The notes beneath the pieces are model-generated. The model ran no database searches. It was not told where the DNA came from and saw only the letters and a list, made by a program, of their open reading frames with translations. A program made the position numbers and the translations under genes. From Octopus vulgaris (lineage: Eukaryota), in the NCBI GenBank assembly GCA_951406725.2, contig OX597814.1, positions 140,058,001 to 140,122,000 on the forward strand: a stretch of 64,000 nt of DNA, in the 5' to 3' direction. Below, one piece after another: positions 12,841-25,820 of the stretch. The stretch's first letter is position 1. The number at the start of each line of letters is the position of its first letter.

Positions 12841-13710
12841 TATTTTAATAAGTTTCAATATTTGTGTAAGTTCATTGTTAAACTGTTTTGTTGTATTTAT
12901 CTATATTATATAAGATAGTATTAGCTTGACTGGTTTGTCTTGTTAATTGTCCATTTTACCATGCTGGCATCACTTGGACAGGAATTCATTTTGTAGCGGG
13001 ATTTCTCAACCAGATGTTATTTTTTGTTGCCAACCCTCCCCTGTTTTTCTGATAAGGGATTTTACATTCCACAGCTCATTGAAAGCACAGAACAGCTGGT
13101 TGTAATGTCAATACAGAATGTAAATATCTGCACTGTTTTACTCAATTGATTTTATTCAATTGATCACAAGGGAAATATCAGCATCCATGCGCATATATTC
13201 AAACTTATGCACATACATATATGTTCCTATGTGTATACTTACATATATATACACACATACATGTGTACATGCTTACACATAAACATACAGACATTTATGC
13301 AAATGTATGTGTGTATATTTACACACACTTATACACACCATGATGGACTTACTACAGTTTCCATCTGCTAAATTTATTCACAAGGCATTTGTTTGTTCAG
13401 TCTCTTGTAGAAGACACTTGCCCAAGGTGCTGCACACAGAACTGAACCTGAAACCACCAAGTTGCAAAATAAATTTCTTAACCACATAGCTATGTCTGCA
13501 CCTATATACACTGAGCTGTATTTGGGGACAGAACACATAAAAATTGAAATAATTTCACTAAAATGTTATCATTTAATATAGATATTTATTTATCAAACTA
13601 TTCATTGATTTCCCTAACTATAAAGAAGTTGGTTCAGAAGGATCATAATACATACATCTGAATTATGTCACTTGCAATTATTATTGCAGTCCTTCCTATT
13701 TTACTGATAT

Positions 13711-13992
13711 AGGGTGTGATTTGAGGAAGATTTGGTTGCTATTTCTAGCAGGAGGTCAACCATGTAGTGGCTCCCTTATTGGCTTGATGAATTTGTAGAT
13801 CTGTTGTTGTTTGACTTCATTTTAGATCTGACCTAAAACACAATGACCAAAGACACTCCATCTACAATTACCCTCTCTCTTAGTGTCAAGTGTATTCTTC
13901 CATGATTAAAATGGTAAGGTGTTATTTGAAGTTGATTTGGCTGCTATTTATAGTAGGTCAAACTACCATGTAGTGGTCCCTTTATTGGCTTG
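13711..13992 (+). repeat. Two nearby copies of short interspersed repeat family D
   Basis: Consensus-like GGTGTGATTTGAGGAAGATTTGGCTGCTATTTCTAGCAGG...TTGGCT at 13711-13787 and 13916-13992; also about 12045-12110, 16845-16880(-), 19748-19810, 27750-27800(-). Confidence 0.7.
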
Positions 13993-14123
13993 CATATTCT
14001 TTAATAATCATTGATAAGGATCAGTTATACCTCTCAAAATTTGATGTTTTGTATCTCTCTTAGGAATCAACTGTAGTTCAATATTGTGAATAATAATTGC
14101 TACAAGAGGTCTAATCATAGAAC

Positions 14124-14320
14124 ATGAGAGTAGAACTGGAGAAAAGGCTGTAGTTTCTCCAGGTCATCCACACAACTTTGAAATTTGATGTAGTTCTATG
14201 GTCTAAAAAGGCAAAGCTGATTATCTTGATCAAGCTCACAGTCCCATAGGAAGGAGAGTATCTTTGAATAGAATCTTACCAAATACCGGAACCAATTACA
14301 GGATTGCAGGGAGATAGGGA
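14124..14320 (+). pseudogene. Decayed restriction-like endonuclease domain of a Hero-like non-LTR retrotransposon
   Basis: Translates as MRVELEKRL*FLQVIHTTLKFDVVLWSKKAKLIILIKLTVP*EG...KYRNQLQDCREIG, matching the recalled motif MRVDL..RLQFP.V.TTLRPD.VLWS....IILIELTVPWEE...KYQ.L..DCR..GW. Contains stops and a frameshift. Confidence 0.8.
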
Positions 14321-14821
14321 TGCTATTTTCAGAATGGAGAATATATATAGAATACTTACAGCCAATGGAAAAATAAGTAAAGAAAGTAAGGTAGCTCTTT
14401 AAAGAAGGTGGAGAGGCAAAAGAAAGAGCCTCTTGATTATTATGGAACAAGTTATGGAACTGAGAGTCAGGAGGAGAAATGAGTAGTTATTTGACCACCA
14501 TTACCAACCCACCAATGAGTGGGTGTTACAGATCAGGGTTGTAACACCTTTTGGTCATTGGATACTGTCTGATAATATCAATTCCTTCTGATCAGATCTT
14601 CATTCATCACAGGGGGAATGAAGGAGAAGCATCTTCTTTTAGATTTAATCAATATCATATTGCTAAATCTTTGCCATATTTAGCATCATGGCGGCTATTT
14701 CTGAGATTCACCTACCTGCAATTATTCTGTATCTTTAATCTTTGTAAGGAGAAAATAATATCATATTCTTGCACAATTTAGTATATATGCCAAAGCATTT
14801 GTTAATCTGTGATATTTCAGA

Positions 14822-15071
14822 GACTGAAACATGTGTTACAAGCTTCATAGTGTACTGTAAATATAGATTAATGATGGTCTGCTATTCACTTGATTGCATT
14901 TTGCTTCTTAGCAAAAGCTGCTAACTGATATTGAACATGACATCTCAACTACTGAAACCTAACTGAATACACGTGTAATACTGATGCTTTGTATATAACT
15001 CTGTACAGCTTTACATTTCTTTTCTGTCTAGAGAATTACTCTGGTAGAAATAAAGATATTTAATTTCTCTA
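14822..15071 (+). repeat. Right copy of 250-bp inverted duplication, terminal-exon-like
   Basis: Begins 1 nt after ...TTAATCTGTGATATTTCAG (14820); reads AGA CTG AAA CAT GTG TTA CAA GCT TCA TAG; AATAAA at 15049-15054. The duplication is certain; the exon status is not. Confidence 0.9.
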
Positions 15072-15814
15072 TTTAATGTGTTAAATATATCAATTGACAG
15101 CTAGGGCAAGAAATTGGTGTTCCATGAAAGCGGAAGTTAAATAAAAAATAAATAAATTGCTTACTGGCCAGCAAAAATAAAACATCTAGTTGTTGAAAGA
15201 AATTGATATTTAGCTGACTAATTTATATTTTTATCACTAAATTGAAACCAGGATAATCTTGCTAATCCATATTAAATGCATTGATAGGTGATTGGCAATG
15301 ATCTGTGAACCAAGTATTATATCATGAATTGTCATTTATATTTATATTTACAGATAAAGCAATGTACTGATTTTATTTTATATTATATTATTATATCTGG
15401 CAGAATTGTCAGAATGCTGGGCGAAATGCTTAGTGGTATTTAGTCTGTTGCTACGTTCTGAGTTCAAATTCCACCAAGGTCAGCTTTGCCTTTCATCCTT
15501 TTGAGGTTGATAAATCAAGTACCAGTTGAGTACTGGGGTTGATGTAATCGACTATCCCCCTTCCCTAAATTTCAGGCCTTGTGCCTATAGTAGAAAGAAT
15601 TATATTGCTATTTCTTTGTTGTTAGCATTGTTGACTTCAGGTTTCCAATGGGCCAGTTATTGGTTCACTGCATTTCCAATAATGAGAGTGACAAGGAAGT
15701 GTCTAACTCAATGCAGAACAAATACCTTAAAGAACTTCATTAATAAAACACCAGTTTCTCACTGATGTTTATATCTCACCATTATACACCAGTAAATGAG
15801 AAAAGTACATTTTC

Positions 15815-16020
15815 TCTCTTTTACTTGTTTCAGTCATTTGACTGTGGCCATGCTGGAGCACCACCTTTAGTCAAGCAAATTGACTCCAGGACTTATTCTT
15901 TGTAAGCCTAGTACTTATTCTATCCGTCTCTTTTGCCGAACCGCTAAATTACGGGGACATAAACACACCAGCATCGGTTGTCAAGTGATGTTAAGGGGAC
16001 AAACACAGACACACAAACAT

Positions 16021-16085
<65 letters not shown>

Positions 16086-16262
16086 TACACGTATATACGA
16101 CGGGCTTCTTTCAGTTTCCGTCGACCAAATCCACTCACAAGGCTTTGGTCAATCTGAGGCTATAGTAGAAGACACTTGCCCAAGGTGCCACGCAGTGGGA
16201 CTGAACCCAGAACCATATGGTTTGTAAGCAAGCTACTTAACACACAGCCACTTCTATGCCTA
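15815..16262 (-). mobile_element. Near full-length tRNA-derived CORE-like SINE family B
   Basis: Minus strand: A-box-like TGGCTGTGTGTT, B-box-like GGTTCAGTCCC, CORE-like CCTTGGGCAAGTGTCTT, internal (TA)n(TG)n, tail GACTGAAACAAGTAAAA. Other copies about 8378-8670, 28200-28557(+), 29810-30170, 57770-58100. Confidence 0.85.
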
Positions 16263-17527
16263 CGCATGTGTGAGCACACATGCTCACACACACACACACA
16301 CACTATTATGCAGTTTCCACCTAGCACTCACAAAGTATTGGTTGATGTAAGGTTATGGTAGACGGTACCTCACAGTGAGATCAAACACAAAACCATGTGG
16401 CTGCAAAACAAATCTCTTAACCACATAATTCCTATCCATAGATAACTGAAACATCCTCATTTAATGTCCACTCACTATGCTGGCATGGGTTAGATGGTTT
16501 GACTGGAACTGATGAGCCAGAGAGCTGCACTAGCTTCCAGTGTGATTTGGCTAGGTTTCTACGGCTGGATGCCCTTCTTTATGCCAACCACTCCAGGAAT
16601 GTAATGGGGGCTTTCATGTACCATTTACATGACACTGACAACAACCATGACTACAATTCACAGTTGCCATTTACATTGCGCTGGCAACAAATAAAGAAAA
16701 CCAAAGATAATAATTATAATGTATCAGATTGAGAGACAAATACCACTGGAAGATTATCTCCATCATTTGTTTAGTAGTCGTGGGTAGATTGAGTGCAAAA
16801 CACATTCTCTGGTTTGGTTGAATAGCATGAAATTGGTTTACATCTTGTTCAACCTACTAATAGCCAAATCTCCCTCAACTCTCTCATTTGTCTGGAATAA
16901 AATATGTGCTGGATACAGCTGAAATACTTTGATCTAAGGCTAAAAAATGAGAACAACTATCACGTTGTTTAGGAGGTGTTACTATTGTCAGATACATAAC
17001 TGTAAGATAACCTCTCATAAAGAATTCAGTAGGTACTGATCACATAACATCTAATTTAATTTGTGAAATATGAAAGTAACCCAAAAGGTGTGTGTGTGTG
17101 AAGGACATAAGTAAAATAAAGAATTATGTTTCTGGTATTCTTGAAAACTGTCACCTTGTTCAGAATATCAGCTGTTTCAGCTTCTGTGCTTTGGGACATA
17201 GTAATTTTGGTATCATTTCAGACATTTATTCAAGAGAGAGAAAAAATAGGTTTCTAGGTGATAAAGTAAGGTTTCTAGATAGAGCAGCTAAAGAATATCT
17301 TCTGTTAAATATGACATTATTGTAATTTACTGTAAATGACTTTTGTTTCAAATTTTTTTCTAATGTTCTAATCAGTGGCTATCAAATGAACTTACCAATT
17401 ATTCAGCCAACAATGTTTATGTCCACACTTATTATGACTGGATAAGTGAGAATAGATAGAACTGAAAAAAAATGGTTTTAATACAATAAAAATAATTGTC
17501 AGGCACAAGTATAACTGTAAGGAGGAA

Positions 17528-17607
17528 TTCCAACCATGTTTCGTGGCTCACTACCTAAAACAGCTCCTTTATAGGGTCCAGTGGCTAAAGATATCATCAG
17601 GAGGTAC
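17528..17607 (-). ncRNA. Degenerate hammerhead-like motif with long stem II
   Basis: Minus strand CTC-CTGATGA-...GCCACT..hairpin..AGTGAGC-CAC-GAAA-CATG-GTT-GGA; stem I pairs poorly. Confidence 0.45.
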
Positions 17608-18124
17608 CACGTCTAGTTTCAGCCCCTACTCCTCTGCCATTTTCAACATGCCCCCCCCCACACACACACACACCTATCGGAGGTGTCTTCAGCTCTGGTG
17701 TTGAGTGCATTTTCTTTTTCTCCTTTTTCTTTTGTTCTTTGGTTTCTTTGATACAGTGTCAATGAATGTCAGCAGGTGAATGACCATCCTACCAAATTTC
17801 CCTTTCAATACTTGCTGGTAGGCTCCAGCAGCCAGCACCAGCTAACTGTCACATGACATAGTCTAAGCTTCAACTGAAGCATGCTTTGCAATGATGTGGC
17901 TTCAGGTTCATTCCCACTGCATAGCATCTTAGGCAAGTGTCTTCTACTGTAGTCCAAGACCAACTAATGTCCTGCGAATGAATTTGGTAGATGGAAACTG
18001 TGTGGAAGCCCATCACACATGTGTGTATCTGTATGTGTTTGTTCTCTCCCCTTCCCCCACCACTTGGCAACTGGTGTTGATCTGTTTATATCCCTATAAC
18101 TTTGCAGTTCAGCAATAGCATAAG

Positions 18125-18396
18125 TCACATGATCATGTGATCACGTGACCAACTAGACTATCAGATGCTGTTACACATCGCTGGTCACAATGCACTTTTG
18201 CATTGTTTTAGCCTTCGAATGATGCCACCTTGCTGGCTAGGCAAGCAGGTCAACACTCTCCCTTGATTGAAAAGAGGACTGGAGTAACATATAATGAAGT
18301 GTTTTGCTCTAGAGCGCAACACACTGCCTGGTCTGGGAATCAAACCCATGATCGAACAATTGTGAGTTCAACAGCCCAACCACTAGGCCATGCGCC
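18125..18396 (-). mobile_element. tRNA-derived SINE family E nested in family B copy (17875-18520)
   Basis: Minus-strand head GGCGCATGGCCTAGTGGTT...GGTTTGATTCCC; TSD TAG(C/A)ATAAGT. Relatives near 4524-4800, 10088-10180, 43937-44140, 62790-63005. Confidence 0.75.
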
Positions 18397-19017
18397 TAGA
18401 ATAAGTACCGGACATAAAGAACAAAATAAATACTGGGGTGGATTTGTTCAACTAAAACTGTTCAAGGCAGTGCCTTGGCATGGCTGCAATCCAATGAGTG
18501 AAACAGGCGAAAGATAAAAGATACACAGATACACTTCAGTTTGAATAATTATCTTATTTGCAGCATAAATTCTATAAGAAAATGGAGTGTTGATATTTAA
18601 GGTGACCTAGAACTCAACAACTGCCAGGATAGGCTGAATATGAGTAGAGAAAAATAACCAGGAATGCATGCAACATAGATTATATGGCTTCTATTTAAGG
18701 CAGGAGGAAATGTTTGTCCATCAATCCTGTGCGCCTCATTGATTTGAAATTTATACTGTATGGGACCACTTGATATTTGATTTATAGAGAACAATAGATG
18801 AGCTATTTAAAGCTGCATAAGTAATTAGGAAGTACAAAGGAGTTAGTAATAGAGCATCTGACAAACATTATGAGCTGCAGAGTTTTAGCATTTGATCAAT
18901 CTATAAATATAACGTTGATTTTCTTATGCCTTTTTCTCTTATCCTCTCTCTTTTATTATATTGTCATTGTTATTATTGCATATTTATCTGCCATCTGTGT
19001 GTGTGTATTTATAATAC

Positions 19018-19019
<2 letters not shown>

Positions 19020-19098
<79 letters not shown>

Positions 19099-19100
19099 AT
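19020..19100. repeat. (CT)n microsatellite
   Basis: About 30 CT units followed by (CTTT)n; a similar pyrimidine tract lies at 38633-38745. Confidence 0.95.
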
Positions 19101-19364
19101 CTATCTGTCATATTTCCAATGTTCTTAGAAATGAGTTCATTGACCATAAAGAAATTAGCTTTTGAATATCAGGGTTCAATGTCCAGCAAAAGTTTTATTT
19201 TTTAATACCAGAGGCCTTTTACACTTAAGTAATAATAAAATAATAATACTAAAATTACTACTAATAATAATATTCATGATGATGAAGATAGTGGTGAATG
19301 TGGTGGTGGCTGTTTAGTCCCAGCCCTGCCCCTATTGGGTGTTCTAGCCCTTTCCATCACATCT

Positions 19365-19412
<48 letters not shown>

Positions 19413-19641
19413 TGAAGTGTATAGTATTATGTAATCATTATGGTTAAGGCCAATCTCTCCAATCGGTTTTGAATTAGGGATTCAACAGGATGCTAGATAA
19501 CCCTAAGTGTGAAATACATTGGTGAGAGTGACCATAATAGATATATAATACACTGTACACTTCGATTAATTTTCCCACTCTTTTGACAAATATAAGAGTG
19601 CATATTTTTTCTGACTTATGGATTCTCAGATGAAATACACA

Positions 19642-19704
<63 letters not shown>

Positions 19705-20147
19705 GGGAACTATATTATTCAAGCTGTCCTTCCTTTTATTTTTAAGATGATAACATTTGATTTGAGGGAATTTGGTTGCTACATAGAAGTTCCTTTGATA
19801 ACTCATTGACCAGGAGTAAAATCCCTTACCACATGGCATAATGCATACATCTGATTGCAAATGCATCAGATGCAGAACAAGTCATATCAAGTATGTCCTT
19901 GTTTGTTTAGACAGAAAAGAAAGAAGCCATGGTAGACTTATATATGTCTGCAAACTGTTTCTAAAGAGATGATAGCTGTTGATGCACCCACACTTCATAC
20001 ATGACACAATAATAGCACATATAAATAAAGTGCACATAGTTATATGTACTAGATGCTTCAAATCTTGGTACAAAATTTGATCCCAGCCTCAGTAAAATAT
20101 AATACAGACAAATTTGAATACCAACTGTAGCCACCACAATATCCAAT

Positions 20148-20400
20148 CCTTGTTATAGTGCAATGGCTTGTGTGCATCAATGACCCCGAATGCTATGTCA
20201 GTGGGAGTGCATGCTCCTGATAGGTCCTACCATGTTGGACAGGTCAAAGAATAGAGGCCAGAATATTATGGACTACCTCTTCCTAAAGGTAAAAATAGGT
20301 TTGCATTGAGCCAACACCTCTACCTTGAAAAAAAGCAAAGTTTACAGAAGCATCAGTGACAATTCAAAACCAACAAGACCTGGGAGAGAAAGGCCTTTCC
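20148..20400 (+). mobile_element. 5' UTR remnant of an RTE-clade LINE
   Basis: CCTTGTTATAGTG..GGCTTGTGTGCATCAATGACCCCGAATGCTATG..GGGAGTGCATGCTCCTGATAGG..CCATG..CAGGTCAAAG..AGGCCAGA resembles RTE 5' ends as I recall them. Confidence 0.6.
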
Positions 20401-22824
20401 TCAGGAAAACATGATATCATCATCATCATCATCATTTAACATCAGTTTTCCATGCTAGCATGGGTTGGACGGTTCGACCGGGGATCTGGGAAGCCAGAAG
20501 GCTGCACCAGCTCCAGTCTGATCTGGCAGTGCTTCTACAGATGCCCTTCCTAACGCCAACCAGTCCGTGAGTGTAGTGGGTGCTTTTTACGTGCCACTGG
20601 CACGGAAGCCAATCTAGGTGGCGCTGGCATCGGCCCCATGATGCAGCAAAATCTGAAAAGACATCCTAAAAATAGCTGGGTGTGAGATACTGAAGTAGAG
20701 CTGGATAACCAGGGAAGCAGCTGAAGAAAAGAAGAAAAGACAATTCCAGATTTGAGAATAATGAAATGAAATGAAATGAATATATTATTGAAGCATTGTT
20801 TTACAGACACATGTACTTTCTTGTTCTGAAGTAAAGAATCTTTTGTTTCATATGTTTTTGAAGGTACAAAACCAGTGGAAAATACATTGACAGAATATGA
20901 CAAGAATGTCGCTACTTTCATTGGAAAAGCACAGATGTAAACATACACCCATGTGCACATTCACTCACTCACAAAATATTGATGGATTTCTATTAGTTCC
21001 TGTCTACCAAATCACTTACAAAGCTTTTGTCAGACTTGGGGTGTAGTAGAAGGCACTTGCCCAAGGTACCACATAGAGAGATTGAACTCAAAACCATGTG
21101 GTTGCAAAGTGAACTTCTCACCCAGACGGCTATGCCTGTTCCTATCATAACACACACACACACACGCACAAATACACACGTGTGTTTGTGTAGATATCAT
21201 CATTGTAAGAGACATACTCACACATACATGCTCTTACAAAGTAACACAAATAATATACTCAGTTAAGCTTAGTAATTTACAGTAAGTCTTAGTGAATAAG
21301 CCTCTGTAGTTAGGTGTGCAAATGTATGTTGACGTTTGTGCTAAACACACATACATACATAGGTGTTTGCATGCATACATTTGTACACACATGCATTAAT
21401 GCATCTATACATGAATGTATACTTACATACATAAATAGATGCATGCATGTTCATACTACTATTAACCTGTGGTAATAAGAAAATTATCTAAATTCTGATT
21501 ATAGTTGGAATCTCTTTCTCTTAGATGATTATATAGATTTCTGTTAAACTGTTAAAGGGGTGAAATTGCCATTAAAAATCAAAATCTTCATTTCTTATCA
21601 GCAGGAAACCACTTTTGTTGCATGTAAAGCTTGCTGCTTGTTTGTTACCTCCTTCAGTTTTTAGTCGCATCTACCTGTACATACAACTACAGGTATATGT
21701 TGTGACATTGATTCTCTACTACATTCACTAACACAGCTGCTGCTTTTATCATTATCTAATTGTGTTGTTGTTGTTGTTGTCGTACAAATGATTCATTAAT
21801 TTCTACCGCTAGCAACGCAGGCTATCATTATATTGCCATCATTGTCCACATATTCATCTATCATTTGTGTTCAACTATACTTATCCTTCAAGAATCTGTG
21901 TATTCGTGAGTGTGTGTGTGTGTGTGCATGCATGCATGTGTTTCTGTGTGACTTCTTTTGACAATTGCAGACTGGTGCTTACATAGAAGCCATATCACTC
22001 ATTATGGAGATAAATCACTATCTGCTGTTATGAATTCTAAAATGTGTGAAAAAATCATCATTTGCAGATGTGACTCAGACTCACTACCTTGCTCTAGCAA
22101 CTTGCACAGCTCTGCTTCTAACCTATTTTTCCTGTCTTCAATACAACTCTGCTGTTTTATTACCAATGTGATTCCACTATTATAATTACTATTGACCCTT
22201 TAGTTAACGGATATTACTTTGTCTAGTTTTGCTTCCTTCCATGTTATAACTCACATAATTTTTTTTTTGTCTTATCACAAGAAACACATTTATTTATTGA
22301 TGTATATGTAAACTCGAGCCTCTCCTATGGCTGTGTGGTTAAGAAGTTTTCTTTACAACCATGTAGTTTCAGGTTTAATCCCATTGCACAGCACAGTGGG
22401 CAAGTGTCTTCAAATATAATCCCAAATCAACTAATGTCTTATGAATAAATTTTAGTTGATAGAAACTGTGCAGAAGCCTATATATAGATATCATCATCAT
22501 TGTTTAATGTCTGATTTTCACGCTGGCATGGGTTAGACAGTTTGACTGAGGTCTGGGAAAGCCAATGGCTGCACCAGGCTCCAATCTGATCTGGCAATAT
22601 TTCTACAACTGGATGCCCTTCCTAATGCCAACCACTCCAAGAGTGTAGTGGGTGCTTTTTACATGCCACTGGCACCGAAGCGAGTCAGGTGGCCCTGGTT
22701 TTTATGTGTGTAAGTTGTCTCAGAATCAATAAGTCAGGAAAAAATGCACTTGTATATCTGCCAATAGAGTGGATATATTATTATATTATCCAAAGTGTCA
22801 GTATCATATATATATATATATATC

Positions 22825-22922
22825 CATTATGGCCAATCTTACCAATCAGTTTCACACTAGAGATTCAACAGAATGTTAGATGACAATCCGATTATGTAAC
22901 CCTATGCTCATCAGAGGTAGCC
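22825..22922 (-). ncRNA. Degenerate hammerhead-like motif in Penelope-like remnant
   Basis: Minus strand CTACCT-CTGATGA-GCATAGGG...CTCTAGTGT-GAAA-CTGATT-GGTA. Confidence 0.45.
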
Positions 22923-23992
22923 AATATGGAATAAAATAAGGCGACATATGTGTGTATGTATGTATGTATGTTTGTTTGTCCCCACCAGGCTTAAAAGTAA
23001 GTATTGTGATCAATTTGTTTGACTGAGCCCTTCAAAGCAGTACCCCAGCATGGTCACAGTCCAATAACTGAAACAAGTAAAAAAAACAAAAGCTATAACA
23101 ATGATAGATGTAAATAGATTTAATGAGAAGTCATTGATCTCAAAAGGCATTGTATAACATGTTCTCTTGTGTGTGTGTGTGTGTGTGTGTTTTGCTGTTG
23201 TTTGAAATGATATACTTTAATTCTACTATGATTCACTGACGAGGATACTGGCTCAACCAATATTATAATATTATTGCTAACCCAAATTTCATCATTGGTT
23301 TTAATCATTTCACTTCACTTTTATTGCTAATTCCGCCAGGAAAATATAGTTGCTAAACTCCCACCACATAGAAACGATCTGAGAAAGTGATAGGAAATTT
23401 TCCTCTTGTACACATCCAAGAAAATACTATGACATCATTGGAACATGTGGCTGTAAATAAATATGCTAATGAGAGGGAGGGAGGGGAGAGAGAGAGAGAG
23501 TAAGTGTATGGACATGAATCTCTATTTATAATCAGCATTGGCTTTGTTATTTTGTCTCTATTGTTATTCATCTTAGCAAGCAATTGTTCATATAGTAAAG
23601 GTAATGTTATTTTTTGTTGTTGTTTTTTTCTCTAGTCTGTTGATTTTCAATAATAATTTACTCTCCTTTGCATTCAAAATATTTTGTAGTTAGATGTTAA
23701 ATTCTGACACTAATCACTGGTTCACTGTGTAGTTTTTTGTTTTATATTTGTTATTTACTTATCAATCGTTTATAGTGACAGTAATTAAACTTTACTGAAG
23801 TGCCAGATTTTTGTGATAACTTATATTTTTAACTGCTTGATGGCTACCTTGTTCTTATTCACATGCATTTGATGTGGCTAGCTGGCAGAATCATTAGTGT
23901 GTCAGACAAAATGCTTAGCAGTATTTCTTCTGGTTCTTTATATTTTGAGTTCAAATTCCATTGAGGTTAACTTTGCTTTCATATGATATTCT

Positions 23993-23993
<1 letters not shown>

Positions 23994-24027
<34 letters not shown>

Positions 24028-24316
24028 TAATAATAATGAAATTATTGTATACAGTGCTCAGGTGCACCACAACTTGTCAAAAGTGCGTATAAAGCATATG
24101 TAGTAAAGTACAAATGTCTGGAAAGTGAACAGTGTATGAGTCAGATACATGCTTGCGTGTGTATGGAGGGGAGAAAATCAGGTGTAGTGTTGGCGAATCT
24201 CAGGAAGCATGGAAGTTTTGAAGGATGCAGTGCTCCAACAACTAACAACTGATGCCAGCAGTTTCTTCCATACTTCAGCAACTCATAGCATGAAAAAAAA
24301 TTTCTGAAAGTCATAG
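23994..24316 (-). mobile_element. 5'-truncated CR1-type LINE 3' end with (ATT)n tail
   Basis: Highly similar to 41561-41862; encodes the decayed ORF2 C-terminus ending ASFKTSMLPEIRQHYT. Confidence 0.85.
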
Positions 24317-24780
24317 TACCTATTCTCTGAGGGATAAAGAATTGTTTTGCTGAAACACTTCACAAAACTGGGTATTAATCTCTTTTTAATACCAACCTGT
24401 CTAAGACCTTGGTTCTATGATATACATTTCCTGTTTTAATCCTTTGGCATTTAAACTGGCCATATCTGGCCCAAAAACTCTACCTATTTTATGTTCAGAC
24501 TAGCCAGATCCAGCTTTTCACACCTTTCCTAAAAATAAACAATTATGTCATCAAACTTTCAAAGCCACAAAGTATTTCAAGATTAATTCAAAACAATGTG
24601 AATAAATAAGCATTACATTTGACTGATTTGAATGCTAAAGGGTTCAAGTGAGCTACATTAAAATCTTCCTCCAAAACTTTATGTTAATCTATTTGCTAAA
24701 CATTAGTAATGAGTTATTTTACTAAATTCTTCGTTATTTTCAAAATTAATTGAAACGAAACCAATGTAGTTCAATAGAAG

Positions 24781-25235
24781 TCATCATCATCGTTTAACGT
24801 CCATTTTCCATGCTAGCATGGGTTGGACAATTTGACTGAGGACTGGCGAACCAGATGGCTGCACCAGGCTCCAATCTGATCTGGCAGAGTTTCTACAGCT
24901 GGAAGCCCTTCCTAACGCCAACCACTCTGAGAGTGCAGTGGGTGCTTTTATGTGCCATTGGCACGAGGGCCAGTCATGCAGTACTGGCAACAGCCATGCT
25001 CAAATGGTGTTTTTTACGTGCCACCTGCACAGGAGCCAGTCTAGTGATCACTTGAATGATTTTTCACGTGCCACCTGCAGAAGTGCCAGTAAGGCGACGC
25101 TGGTAACGATGACACTCAGATGGTGCTCTTTATGTGCCACCGGCATGGAAGCCAGTTAGCTGCTCTGGCAACGATCACGCTCGTATGGTACTCTTAGCGC
25201 TCCACTAGCATGGATGCCAATCATCGAATTTGATT
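24781..25235 (-). mobile_element. Long family C copy with internal tandem units
   Basis: Family C tail plus 4-5 units of TTTACGTGCCACC-type motif separated by variable sequence; inserted in a piggyBac-like MITE. A similar copy lies at 56700-57008(+). Confidence 0.8.
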
Positions 25236-25314
25236 GTAACAAAAGTGTAAACGCTTGATCTATGGAGTTTAGAGTCCAGTATTTTGTCCATTCATTCAGA
25301 TTCACTTCTACATT

Positions 25315-25712
25315 TACTCTTTTACTTGTTTCACTCATTTGACTGTGGTCATGCTGGAGCACCACCTTTAGTCAAGCAAATCGACCCCAGGACTTATTCT
25401 TTGTAAGCCTAGTACTTATTCTATCAGTCTCTTTTGCCGAACTGCTAAGTTACGGTGACATAAACACACCAGCATCAGTTGTCAAGCGTTGTTGGGCGGA
25501 CAAACACAGACACACAAACATATATATACACACACACACATATATACATATATATGATGGGTTTCTTTCAGTTTCCATCTACCAAATCCACTCACAAGGC
25601 TTTGGTCGACCCGAGGCTATAGTAGAAGACACTTGCCCAAAGTGCCATGCAGTGGGACTGAACCCAGAACCATGTGGATGGTAAACAAGCTGCTTACCAC
25701 ACAGCCACTCCT
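25315..25712 (-). mobile_element. SINE family B, near full-length
   Basis: Closely matches 15815-16262. Confidence 0.85.
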
Positions 25713-25820
25713 TTTACATTGTAACAGAAAGCATGGATAAAACAGTGGACACTTCTATAGAGGAGAGTTTTGTTCTCTACTATTTGATTTTCCCCTTATT
25801 CAAATTGGTGGTTTTAGTTT

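Noticed and set aside
14512-14625. Two small hairpins with an ANANNA between them (H/ACA-like)
   Set aside because: No ACA box after the second hairpin and the stems are short.
20864-20936. Exon candidate GTKPVENTLTEYDKNVATFIGKAQ
   Set aside because: Weak donor (GTAAAC), no recognised homology, no partner exons.
23236-23268. CTGACGA plus imperfect stem; also a similar weak motif near 8687-8710
   Set aside because: Too many core positions are missing to distinguish from chance.
24940-25210. CRISPR-like repeat-spacer appearance
   Set aside because: Units are short and degenerate, lie inside a (GAT)n-tailed retroposon in a eukaryotic context, and no cas genes are present.
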